The notes below the pieces were generated by a model, which saw only the letters and a list, made by a program, of their open reading frames with translations, was not told the DNA's origin and did not search any database. From NCBI GenBank assembly GCA_000934665.2, contig KZ538775.1, positions 1 to 64,000 on the forward strand: DNA of 64,000 nucleotides. Reading direction: 5' to 3'. The translations under genes were made by a program, and so were the position numbers. Below are positions 21,452-33,401 of this stretch, piece by piece. The stretch comes from Catajapyx aquilonaris. Its lineage: Eukaryota. Position 1 is the first letter of the stretch. Every line of letters begins with the position of its first letter.

Positions 21452-24193
21452 ATGAAGGTGATAGTCGTCCTGTCGCTGTTCGTGCTGGTGTCATCTTTCC
21501 CTCAGGATGAACTGCCGGTTGACGTAGGAGATGACGATTTGGCAGACATTTTTGGCACACCCGATAATCCCAAGACGGGTACAACTGAGGTAAGGTTATT
21601 ATCGCAATTAAAAGATGGCGAAATGGTATAGAAAAGGGGGTCACCTTTTACCATATTTGCTCACTTGCAAAGCCATGCTAACCTTGTGCAGAAGGCTGAT
21701 CGACGCAAAAAAAAAAAAAAAAAAAAGTGTTCGTGCGAACGTCATTTCACGCGGCGCGATGTTCAAACGCTCACGAAATCATTGCAATATTTTGTCCTTT
21801 ACACTGAGGTGATTCTACATATTATGGTAAATAATTACTGCTCAAAAAAATGTCATTTGCTCCACTAGAAATAATTCAAACTTTAAATTAGAAAATTTTC
21901 AAAGACAACTCATTTCCAATATTTACTTTGCAAAACACGATTGGTCGATACTCATGTAACTTATATGATTAGTGGATCGCAAAATTTCTTTGAGAATTTG
22001 ACACTTTTTCTTCACAGAATGAAAGCACAGCTGACCTAGTCCCGCAAATACCTGCTGGAGAAGACAATCCTGACGTGTCCGATCAGGAAATTACTGACAT
22101 TTTTGGGTCGCCAGAGGATGCTGCAGACAAGATTGTATGTAATTTGCATACTTACATTGAATTGTGATAAGTGATTTTTTTTGCTGCATTACTGACATGT
22201 GTCCAACGTAACGTTATTGCTTGTGAATATGACAGTACAATGCACAGTAAACATGAGCAGGCATTTATGGCATTTTGTAACGTGTATCTGAAGATCATGG
22301 TACCTGACCCGTCGGAAAGCAAAGCTTACAGTTAATTAGGAGTCGAACCTTCACGACCGCAAATGGAGCTGCGGAAAAGTTCAAAACCACATCCTTTGAT
22401 TGCAATAGGATATCCATTTCCTCCTCTTATGTAATTATAGCCAGTTGATTTACATTCTGCTGGTCATTGCTAATGTTTTCTTATGCAGAAAAATGCCTTC
22501 TGTAATGCCATGTGATATCCCATACTTTTGGCACATGCTTTTTGTATAGTGTACAATCAAAACGTGATTATGGTATGATTACAGAAAAATCCAGAGGAAC
22601 ACACACCACCTCCGCCATCACCTCCTCTAGCAGGAGATAAATGTGTTTGCGTCATGTACTACCAGTGCATAGATGGGAAGCTAAATGAGGGTGGGGTTGG
22701 CATCATAGACATTAGGTTCGACATGAGGCAATGTCCAAATTTTAACGAGATATGCTGCCAGGTGAGTCTACCTTCAAAACTCTGCTTTGTACTGCGGTAA
22801 AGTTTCCATCACACTGCAATGGAACCATTATTTCCTCTTCCAGCCAAATCAGATTGACAGAGATGCTCCTGAGCCCAATTTGCCCATTCAACTAGGATGT
22901 GGGCATCGCAACATAGACGGAGTTGGGTTCAGAATAACAGGAGACTTCGACAACGAGGCTCAGTTTGGCGAATTCCCTTGGACTGGAATTGTGTTAAGGA
23001 AAGAGGTCATTCATGAGGACACAGTAGTTAACGTCTTCCAGTGTGGTTGTACCCTCATCCATCCTCGTGCTGCAATAACAGCTGCTCATTGTGTTGCTGG
23101 GTAACAATACAGTTATATTTCATTAGCAATGCTTTTAATAATTTAAAACAATTAATGCTAATAATGTGGACAACCAAAACTATAGCTTTGTCAAATAATA
23201 TGGTTCATTCTTTGCTAACACCTGGCCACATTGCCCCAGCAGAAAGAACCCAGAGTTGCTGAAGCTTCGCTTTGGCGAGTGGGACACAAAGAACACGGAG
23301 GAGATACTCCCCCATCAGGACCGGTCCGTGGTCAAAGTCATCATTCACGACCGCTATAATTCCGGGGCACTCTACAATGACATTGCACTTCTCATATTTG
23401 ACAAGGAAGTGGATCCTGCAGCAAATGTCAACAACGTTTGCTTGCCTCCACCCGGAGCGGTGTTTGATGGCGAGAAGTGCATAGCCAGCGGCTGGGGGAA
23501 GGACAACTTCAGTAAGAGAAATGACTCTGAGTAACTTTACAATAATCTTACCAAGAAATAAACCTTGTTGTTCTGTTAAAATCTGAGCAAAAGGTTAGCT
23601 TTAAACATTTTAAATTTACATACCTGTTCTTAAAAAGAATTTTACACACATGCAATATTGTTTTCAGTAATAAACTAATTAACCATTAATTTTCAGGCAA
23701 GAAAGGCAAATACCAATTGATCATGAAGAAAGTGGACCTTGACATGGTGTCTCACTCTCAGTGTCAATCGGCACTTCGTACCACTAGACTAGGTTACTAC
23801 TTTAACCTCCACAGGAGTTTTGTGTGTGCAGGAGGCGAGGAAGGAAAGGACACTTGCACGGTAAGACGACAACTCTTGGATGACGAGTGATTATTATTTT
23901 TGAAGGCGGTCACTCCTGACAACTGATGGCCTAGTACTAATAAGCTTACATGTAATAATTTGCTGATTATTTTGTAATTGGTGCATATTTCACAGGGTGA
24001 CGGAGGCTCTCCACTGATGTGCGCTGTGAAGGGAATGGAAAACCGCTACTACCAAGTTGGAATAGTTGCTTGGGGAATCGGCTGTGGGACTAAAGGCATT
24101 CCTGGAGTGTACGTCAATGTCGCTCGTTTTACGGAGTGGATTCAAAATACTCTTGTTGCCAATGGAATTGACGAATTCTTCCACAAACCATGA
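21452..24193 (+). CDS. PPAF2: SPH4: clip-domain serine protease homologue (PPAF2/masquerade-like), complete, with an extra acidic exon
   Basis: Exons 21452-21589, 22018-22134, 22585-22761, 22844-23100, 23240-23511, 23697-23860, 23996-24193. Signal peptide [15 protein letters not shown], clip [40 protein letters not shown] at ~24295. Confidence 0.95.
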
Positions 24194-24581
24194 AAACTGA
24201 CAAGACATTAATCTAAATGCCGGGAGCTGAGATCAAGAACTGAGTCATATCTACAAATACGCTGACATTTTCTGTACATTACTGTTTTTATGAAAATAAA
24301 TTCAATTTTTACTCACTTTTGCTTTAGCAAGCTGCCACTATTGTGTCTGTGAGGTATATTCCAGCTAATTCAAGAAGACTCCAGCAGCTTTCCTCATTAT
24401 GCAACAACATGTTTTGATGGCGAAGAGATGAGTTGGCATACTCTCTTATTTCGCATTATCTGGCAGTGTTTTGCCCTACGCTGCAATGATGTGTTAATGT
24501 AACAAATTAAATGTAAAATAATTGCAAAATTTCATGATTTTTATTGAAATGTTTGACGAGTACTTCCATACTAGTTTTCCG

Positions 24582-24787
24582 CAATGGTCTTCAACTGGTA
24601 TTCCAAGGGATCCCGGCATTATGCAGGTTTCTGTGAAGAGTTCTGCGATGTAATGGCTGATTTATAAATCCAATGGAGCAAAGTACGGTAATCCTGGTAA
24701 CTTTTTAAACGCCACCGTAGGGGTTTCAGTTAATACACTGTAGAGAAGAAAGGGCTTTGTAACAACAAAACAGGTTGAAGACCATTG
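24582..24787. mobile_element. MITE with hAT(Charlie)-like TIRs
   Basis: 14-bp perfect inverted ends CAATGGTCTTCAAC ... GTTGAAGACCATTG; no clean 8-bp target-site duplication (TSD). Confidence 0.55.
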
Positions 24788-27700
24788 GAATAATATACAA
24801 TTGCAATCAAAGAGGTTAATCAATCTAAAAATACTAGCTGGTGAACTTGTGGTATTTAAAAAAAGACTGCACAATGCCAAGGAACTTTGTTCACAATTCA
24901 TCCTGTTAGGAAACCACACTCTTCCTTCCTTTCTCTTACGTACATTTCAAACGCAATTTGTTGTGCAGTGTTTCAAACTAATGCCCCATTCTAATGAAAT
25001 ATTATGTTAACAAATAATATAGAATGTAGTTTCCAAAATCACCTTATTTATCACAACAAGAAGATGTAACATCTTCTTTTGATCATAATTTTGGTTCCCT
25101 TGCAGGTCACAGATGGCAATACCTTGTAGTTGATTTGTGTTGATTCATGTTGTCATCTCCGATACCTTTGAAATAAAGAAAACTTAATTAATAACTATTC
25201 ATCTCCAAAACTATAGCAGCTTTAAACCAAACTTTTACAATTTCTTCATTACATTAGTGATTATTAAAACTATTATTTAATGTCTAACGTAGTCTACCTT
25301 TGGTCTTAACTGTTCCTATAGCACTTCATCTCTCTAATCTTGCATAAATCACCAATTAATTTGTAGCATAAAATAAAAGGCATTTGTTATCCCACATTAC
25401 TTTAGTGAATGCAAGTGAATGAGGTACTTTTGCAAGAAAACTGCTACACACCCCCACTACTATCCTACGAAATAATGATATGTGCATGTGCACAAAAACC
25501 TCTCAAGTGTCATGACACTTGAAATGCCACAACCTTATTTTTAAAATGAGTGCAGCATGGGACAGTATTTATCATCATCATAGTGCACCCTTAAAATGTC
25601 TAATTACTAACAATGGTCAATCTCTCAAGTCTTCAACTATGACATATTACATGCAAAAGTTACTTTTGTAAACTCCATTCATCGAGACATGTACTTATTA
25701 TTTAACTGTTACAAAAATACAACTCCAATGGGGTATATAGTAGCACAATGCTTATTCATGAATGGTGCAAGCACCTGTTGCACATGCGTCAATGAATGGC
25801 ACAGCAGTGGATGCAAGACATACACTGCGTTCGAAGTATCAGGATCGTTTCAGTTATTGCAAATTTTGCCAGAAATTGTTATTTTCTTAGTAACTTTTCG
25901 CGAGTAGAGCCGCCTACTCCAAAATAGGAGTAGTAGAGGTACAGATGGAGCTACATCAAAAATCAACCACACAAACGGATTGTCAATCTTGGAATAGTTA
26001 ATGATATGCAGAGAGAGACATTTTGAAAATAATACGTAAATGTGAGTGATTCATAAAATACGAAATAGTTAAGCTTTGTCACACACATGTTGACATCACT
26101 CTCTTATTGATATTATGAACAGGTTGCACACTGTATCTTTAAATGACAAGCCTGCTGATACAACATCAGAACTGTTGAGAAGTGATAAGGATGATAATTA
26201 TCCAATGCCAAGCAAAAAGGTGTTTAATTCCGCACAGCTGTGATCTTATGATGATTTGCTAAAAGTGTGCCCATTGTGAGTCAGGCTACATTAAGTTTAG
26301 AGAAACAACTACTGGTCAGGCTGGGTGGGGCATGATCATAAAAAAGCTATTGTCCTATAGAATCTGAACTAGAGCATTAAACTGGTCCTCGATGCACCAA
26401 AACAAGAGGCTGCTAGCCTTGTTCCATCATTATTTATTCTACATTTCCAGTTATGGGAAAACCACTGCACAGCTTGCACTGTGCGAGAATTAATGAAACA
26501 GAATATTCTAGCTTCTTGAGTTGATGCAAGTCATTGACCCTGGTAATCTTTTGCGTGGCTGACATAGTTTTCTGCTGATAGGCAATGTTAAGCTCTCCTA
26601 ATGCCCACTGGACTTACCAGTTAGGAAATAAATTCTGCATGTAAATAGCATCTTCATCCATGTTCTAACATATGGAGACAATATGAGGCATGTTCCTATT
26701 TCCATTTATCATTGCAGTCACATAATGGGAATGAACTACTGTGTGTTGCCACATTGTTCCCTTGTGCCAGATGTCCATGGCAGTACCAGATGCGTTTCAA
26801 CAGGTGCGATGTTCCTGCAAATAATTTTTATCAGTAATTTTTATCTTACAAGTACAGATTAGTTCATTTGGGGATTAGACAGTACTAAACATGGGCCTAT
26901 TGCTCCGAGTCACTTGTAGTCCTGACTACAGCTCTGTTGCTTTCAGTATTCTCTCATGCCGAGTCCACAAATTGACATAATAGTATCACCTGGCAATATA
27001 AAAGCAACCAATCACACTACATAAGCCAGAATATATCAATTTTTAACAGAGATATTTGCAACAATATGATGTCACACTAGCATCACGAAATATTAGTAAC
27101 AGTTACATGCTACCAAAAAAATTTGGCCTGCCTTGCAAGAGCTACATGCATGTGACATATAAGCTAGAGCAAAAACAAGGCAAGGATAAATCCTCTGAAC
27201 ATGAGCAAGTGCCAGGACCACCCATGAGTGATGAGATTGCAGAATCAGAATAACTGCAGCTCATATTACACACCACTAATAATAATATTATTTTTGAACT
27301 GGCACTGGAATAATTACTTGCCCCCATTAGCCTTTTAAAATAAAAGTCGTTGAACCCTTATGACAGTAGCCAATTAATAGTATACTGTCGTGCAAATTTT
27401 CCAACAAAACCAGGCTAACCCTTAAATTTGCAAGAACTGTGGCCAGTAACATGGAGCAATACAAATTAAATCAACACATGCATAAAACATTACTAGTAAT
27501 AATATTGTTGTTTATTAACTTTGCCAAATAGAGCTACAAAATAAACTATTGATCTTTCTTGAAAGCATACAACTACAATGTGATAATTATTAATAGGCTC
27601 TAGCATCTCATGACATTTTATCTCTTCCGGGATACTGGGCTAAATGCCAAGGGTAGATAAGCACATATCATAATCCTCGTATCCCAAAAATGCCACACTT

Positions 27701-29835
27701 TCTCATTGCACTACGCTTTGCAATATTAAACGAGTAATGATTAATTATTATTTGCTTTAAGTCTCAGGAATGTATGCTTTTTTTAAAATAAAAAAAGGAG
27801 TAATATTTACCATTAAGTTCATGTTGTATATATTTTTTGCATTTTCCAGGAAATTTCAAAATCATTTGGGTCGCACCTGTGCAATATTTTAATTTGATTG
27901 GTGAAAATCACACATATTATGCACATTAACGCATGATTTTTTTACTGTGTAGTCTATCAGATATGTCAAGTTGTTTCTCTATTGCATGACTTCATGTCCT
28001 TGAACTGATAATTCTCAACAACTTAGCATGCAATATTGGCTCTGATGGTTTCTTAAAATGAGGCAATGAAGCGGATTGAGAATTTATTAAGCAGAATGTG
28101 TAAAACATTCCACTTGTGAACTATTTTTATATCAGGAGTTGTGGGAGAGTACCGTCATTAAACTTTCTGTCCCACACCATTACAATATGCAGGATGTTAT
28201 GTAATCCGGTAATGCTTTGTCAAAATTGAAAATGAACATGCAAGACAAGACAATTATTGCAAAGAATAACCTTGAATTACAATCCGCATATTACGGTCGC
28301 ATAACGATGACAATGTAACACACATGATTTTTATTACATCTTTAATTCCACTTGCCACATTCCTTCTTGAAGATATTGCATAGAAGGCTTTAAAAGGGGC
28401 CAATGGTGCTAACAAGTTGCAAATGACTTGCATGTGAGTCTAGAGTTTGTACTTGAGATAACCTCTTTTGCAATAACACGTCAGTTATTACACTACTCTG
28501 ATCAGTTGCAAGTCAATGCATTATGTTACGTTAAATTTTGAGTGTCACCTACCATTATTTCACAACTTTTGATACCATACTTCTGGAACTGGCAATAACA
28601 GGGAAAAATTTACTTGTTAGTTCCACTTCGCAAATATAGGAATGTCAAGATATCATAATGATAATAAAGGTGACAATAAAGGTGACAATATCAAATAAAA
28701 CTAATAGTGTTCCAAAGTAGAAGCAATATTGGAACTCCTTTTCAAGTTTGAATGATGTCTCCTAAACGCAAAGCAAAGCCTGTCTAGTGGGCCACCTTTT
28801 GCCTAATCTTGTCTGATTACATTTAGATTTTGATTTAACTATAGACTAATAATAAAGAATTTTACTGAAGCAATCCTCCAAGGCAGATTCATCGAAAGTG
28901 CACACAAAGATGCCTTACAGCTCTTTTACACATTTTTGTGGTTAGGAGAAAGGGTAGAAAATAGGAGGTAACGGAGAGAATAGTGAAATGCTACAATTCA
29001 CAAATTTTGTGTTTTCTCTGCAGGGAAGAATCGCAGAAGTCCACTCCAATGTACTTTGGGCAACAGTTGTGATGCAACTGTTCATCAGAATATGCTTCCT
29101 TTAAGAGAGGGTCGCTTTGGTCCTGCGATTGTGCCAGTGACCCACTGCCACCTGCTTCTTGCCCACCATATTTTGTGCAGCTAGCTTCAGGAATACATTG
29201 TGAATTGTCACAGTGACCATTAATATGAAAGGTATGGTGCAAGAAAATGGGATAAGTCCATTCCTCATCGGCATTCGTTTAATGGATAGAACCTATTGAT
29301 AACAATTTGCCGGATCGTTTGGTACAAAAATGGGAGTCATCAGCCAGCGGATGTCTCCAAGCACAAGTCAGTGACTCCCACTCTTGCCCTTGGAAAAGCT
29401 TATTTTATAAGTGAAAGATCACATTTCCTTGTAACAAAACATTCAGCATTTTTGTTTTACCACAGTATGTGCCAAACATGCACAGCATCTACCTTCTCGT
29501 AGGTCATTCATACTTACTAGTTCATTATCCTGATTACCACAGGAGAACTGGACGGCCTCGTTTCAATAATTTCCGTCCATCCAATGTTCTCTCGATGTAC
29601 CAACAAGGATCCAGACAGCTCCTCTCCTGCATAAAACCAAGTAATTAGCTACATATTTCATGGAAGGGTAACATCACATAACCATCCAACAAGCAGCATC
29701 ACTTGCTGTAAAGCACAAGAGCAACAACTCACCCGGTCTCATTCCCATTAAACTGAACATTCATGTGAGATCGTGTGAGATCAATCATCAATTGCACATG
29801 TACTCTCTGTTATTAAGTCACTAATCATATTACTA

Positions 29836-30085
29836 AGCCATGTTTACATGCGAACGATTTATCAGCGATGTTGCAGCAATGTACTATATCGCTCAAAAAG
29901 ATGAGAGACAATTTTGCATTGAAACCAAATGCAAAATTGTCTCCATCTTTTCGAGCAATATAGTACGTCGCCGAGTGAAAGTAACAATTTTCGACCCCTG
30001 TTTGCCCCAAACAATTGGGCTCATTGCTCAGTGATGTACATTGCTGCAACATCGCTGATCAAATTGCTCGCATGCAAATCCACCC
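29836..30085. mobile_element. MITE (PIF/Harbinger-like), copy 1 of an adjacent pair
   Basis: Perfect 24-bp inverted repeat ATCAGCGATGTTGCAGCAATGTAC (29861-29884 / 30036-30059) plus degenerate outer TTTACATGCG..ATTT TIRs. Confidence 0.7.
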
Positions 30086-30089
30086 GTTA

Positions 30090-30304
30090 AGGTACGTTTA
30101 CATATGGGCGATTTGACAAGCAAAATCTTCGCCGAGGCTGATATTAACAATCGATTTTCCCATTACCGCTGACTACCCCTTATAGGGAAATGTCGCGATG
30201 GTGATGATTTTCACCTCAAACAATACTGGTTACTTGGGTTACTCAGCCTCGGCGAAGACGTCCCTCCGCTTCGCTAGTCAAATCGCTCACATGTAAATGC
30301 ACCT
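30090..30304. mobile_element. MITE (PIF/Harbinger-like) with TTA target-site duplication
   Basis: TIRs AGGTACGTTTACATATGGGCGATTTGAC / GTCAAATCGCTCACATGTAAATGCACCT; inner 16-bp inverted repeat 30126-30141 / 30243-30258; TTA on both sides. Confidence 0.8.
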
Positions 30305-30699
30305 TTAGTGTTAAAATCAAGTCAGGCCTCATCAGATGAATTCTTACTCAGTTACATCCCGATCCATCTCAACATTGCCGTTCCCTCTAATTTTTGTACA
30401 TGACACTTCAACATTTCGGCTCGCTTCATGTAAACGCACCAGTACACATCACCTCTCCGTGGTTTTTCCATCGTGTCCGCATGCATCATCCATCAGCAAC
30501 CAGCAGCCCTTCTTCATCATCTGTTGGTACAGCACCCTGCAACATCAACATGCATTACTACGCGGTGTTCTATGTTCCTGCCATACATGTTCTTCCTTGT
30601 GACAAGACCTACCATGTTGTGCCTTGCACCCAGCGACAACTGTACTGCCCGGCCGGACATCTCCCATCAAACACACAACCAGTCGTCCAAAATCCCCTT

Positions 30700-31355
30700 T
30701 GGAAAAACTCACCAAAACAAATCCCATATGATTCCAATCCGGCGGCCATCTTGTGGGCGGAGCTTCCCCCCCCCATCTTCAGCCATCCCCCCTCCCCCCT
30801 CTCTAATAATAAAAACAATATTAATCCACTCCGCAATTAAAACCCGCTCAAACTGTCCTCCCCCAATTGCGATCAACTATCCAATATATATCCTCCAAAA
30901 AATTAATATAATAAAATCCTTCCCCATAATATATTGCACAGCAAGTCCCTCCCCCTTTTTCTCTCTCTCTCTCCAATCCCCTCCCCCTCTCTCCCCCCTC
31001 CCTCCCTCGTTCCCTCTCTCCCCCCCTTCCCCCTCCCCCCCTCTACGTTCAACTTCAGTTTTATTCACGACTTGTTCCCATCCGGGCCGGGGGTTTGTTT
31101 TCTCTGTGTTGTGGTTCATATTCGAGTATTTTTAGTGGTGGCAGGAGGGGGCCCTGTTGGAGGACTGGAGAGAGAGAGAGAGAGAGGCAAAGAGGGGGGT
31201 GGTTTCGCGAAAAGAGAACGGGGGGGTGGAGGAGTCGCGAAAATTATATTTTTTTTGGCGTAAGTAGGTTTTTTGCGCGCGCGTGGGGAATCCGGCAGTT
31301 TTTGTATGTATGTGTCCGTGCGTGGATTACTACAGGGAATTTCCCCGCCTGACAG
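30700..31355. promoter_or_regulatory. ARID5B promoter/first non-coding exon region, probably bidirectional
   Basis: YY1-like GGCGGCCATCTTG at 30741; long C/T tract 30945-31043 followed by a G/A tract; CpG-rich; + strand donor GACAG|gtacag at 31355 and acceptor at 32321 upstream of the ATG. Confidence 0.5.
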
Positions 31356-31742
31356 GTACAGTAACACACTTTTATTTATGTACAGTACATTTAAAAAATT
31401 GCTTAAATTATTTTTTGGCGGGTTGAATAGAAAAATAAATGTAATGCAATTTTCGTAAGGACAAATGAACCATGTTCAATAACTTATATAAGTTTCATTA
31501 TACAACATGGAGGAACGATATATTTTAGAATCATGCAGTGTTTATATTGTGGGCGGTCTCCGTGCGTGTGATATGTGGAGCAATGTAATAAATTGTGATT
31601 AATTATTTAAAGCATGCTGTGCCTACATGCAAAGTGTAATATACTGCGGCATTAATGAGTAACACTGTTTTATTGCGTAAGTAAACATTACTCTTTGTGA
31701 TGGGTGGAGCACCAGTGACGTCATTATGACATCACTAACTTC

Positions 31743-31796
<54 letters not shown>
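31743..31796. repeat. (AAT)n microsatellite
   Basis: About 18 perfect AAT units. Confidence 0.95.
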
Positions 31797-31797
<1 letters not shown>

Positions 31798-32347
31798 TGT
31801 AGTATGACGTCATGGCTATTGTGCAGAAATTGGGTCTGCCAATAAGTTGATTATCGACTAGTTGATTCTACGGGTTCAGGGGGGGGGGGGGCGGGTGGAG
31901 GGGAGGGGCACGTGGGGTTGATTACAGTCACTCACCTCGCACAGTAACCCATTGTAATATACGACCGGAATTACAACAGTGTAATAATTAGTAGTCAGCT
32001 ATGTACTGTACAATGTTTGACGCCACTTTTGCACTTAATGACGTCGTTAAAATTTTAAATAAAATATAAATACCCGCGATGCTTTGTGCACTGTGACTGT
32101 AATTAGAGGACCTAAATATAACTAACAGGTTTTAATAATCTGGATTATTGACTAGTTGATGCGGAATTGAGGTGTGGGTGGGTGGGTGGGAGGCACGTGT
32201 GGCTGACTCCTCCCGCCAGGAACCCCCTATTTGTGATGACGTCACAGCCAATTAACCCGTCCCTCCGTACTTTGTTCGGACATGTACAATATTTTTTGTT
32301 TTGTTTAAATAACTCGGGCAGGATCCGGCAGATCGACTGACCCCACA

Positions 32348-32728
32348 ATGTCGGAGAGTCCCAGCAGCAACAACAGCACCAGCAGCAGCAGCAACAGCAA
32401 CAGCAACAACAACATCATCAACAACAACAACATCAACATCAACAATAGTGGCAGCACTGGTGTGGAGCTGGTCGGAGCGCCGTGTGGTCAGCATGGGTCG
32501 TACACGTTCTACAAGGCGTTCAAGTACCGGAACAGAGAAGGGAAGAGCCGGATAGTCACCCTGGGCGAGTTCTTCTTCGCCAAGATATGGTCGGATTCGG
32601 ACCTGGTCTGCATCGGGGAGCTGCAGTTGCTCTGGGAGGACAGGACCAGCTGCCAGGTGCTGACCAGCCTCAGACTCTACTTCCTGCCGGAGAACACGCC
32701 CGAGGGAAGGAACGACGCGCATGGAGAG
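32348..32728 (+). CDS. ARID5B: AT-rich interactive domain protein 5B orthologue, first coding exon (N-terminal BAH-like region)
   Basis: After a Ser/Asn-rich leader: VGAPCGQHGSYTFYKAF...IVTLGEFFF...CIGELQLLWEDRTSCQVLTSLRLYFLPENTPEGRNDAHGE, which matches the vertebrate ARID5B N-terminus as I recall it (VGSPCGLHGPYIFYKAF...CIAELQLLWEERTS...LYFLPEDTP.GRN..HGE). Phase-0 donor gtcagt. Confidence 0.92.
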
Positions 32729-32769
32729 GTCAGTTACACTCCAATCACGATAACTCTAGCGCTCAAGAT

Positions 32770-33401
32770 TCTTGTTGACTGCAGCATGCTGGCAACCCTG
32801 CTGGGGAGGGAGGAGCCATTATTGGCCACAGCCAATCAGGATTGGCCAGATCGACAGGGTTGCCAATCTTGACTGCTGGGGGGAGGTGGCCATTACTGGC
32901 AACCTTGCTGGGGGTGGAGCCATTATTGTCAACAGCCAATCAGGATTGGCCAGATCGGCAGGGTTGCCAATATTGTTGACATCTGGTAACCCTGCTTAGG
33001 GAGGTGCTATTACTGTCAACAGCCAATCAGGATTAGCCAGATCGGCAGGGACAGGGTTGCCAATCTTGTTGACATCTGGTAACCCTGCAGGGGGAGGTGC
33101 TATTATTGTCAACAGCCAATCAGCAATGGACAGGGTTGCCAATCTTTGACAAGTACTAGCAACCCTGCTGGGGGTGGAGCAATTATTGTCAACAGCCAAT
33201 CAGGATTGGCCAGATCGGCAGGGTTGCCAATATTGTTGACATCTGGTAACCCTGCTGGGGGAGGTGCTATTACTGTCTACAGCCAATCAACAATGGACAG
33301 GGCTGCCAATCTGGCAACCCTGCTGGGGAGGGAGGAGCCGTTATTGTCAACAGCCAACCAGGATGTGATCAAGCTTGTCCAGATCGGAAGGGCTGCCAAT
33401 C
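32770..33401. repeat. ~85-bp minisatellite with internal hairpins and palindromic CCAAT pairs
   Basis: About 7 units of TGG(C/T)AACCCTGCTGGGGG..TATT..GTCAACAGCCAATCAGGATTGGCCAGATCGGCAGGGTTGCCAAT..GTTGACATC. Confidence 0.9.

Larger units (their letters stand above)
25124..30760 (-). ncRNA. Putative spliced transcript divergent from ARID5B (lncRNA or 48-aa microprotein mRNA)
   Basis: Minus-strand exon candidates with GT/AG signals: ~30760-30713 (gtgagt), 29626-29518 (gtaagt), 26814-26618 (gtaagt), acceptor at 25165. Starts at a YY1-like CAAGATGGCCGCC. No long ORF. Confidence 0.45.

Noticed and set aside
28991..29242. 83-aa Cys-rich minus-strand ORF, and a + strand exon-like segment 29023-29231
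   Set aside because: No ATG or compatible splice entry; all three + frames contain stops; no recognisable domain.
29325..29386. SECIS element
   Set aside because: Lacks the RUGA core context, a good helix II and an apical AA; no UGA-containing ORF nearby.
30394..31367. 148-220 aa Pro/Ser- or Gly/Glu-rich ORFs
   Set aside because: Translations of promoter C/T and G/A tracts.
32770..33401. CRISPR-like array
   Set aside because: Eukaryotic intron; the spacers are themselves repeated and there are no cas genes.
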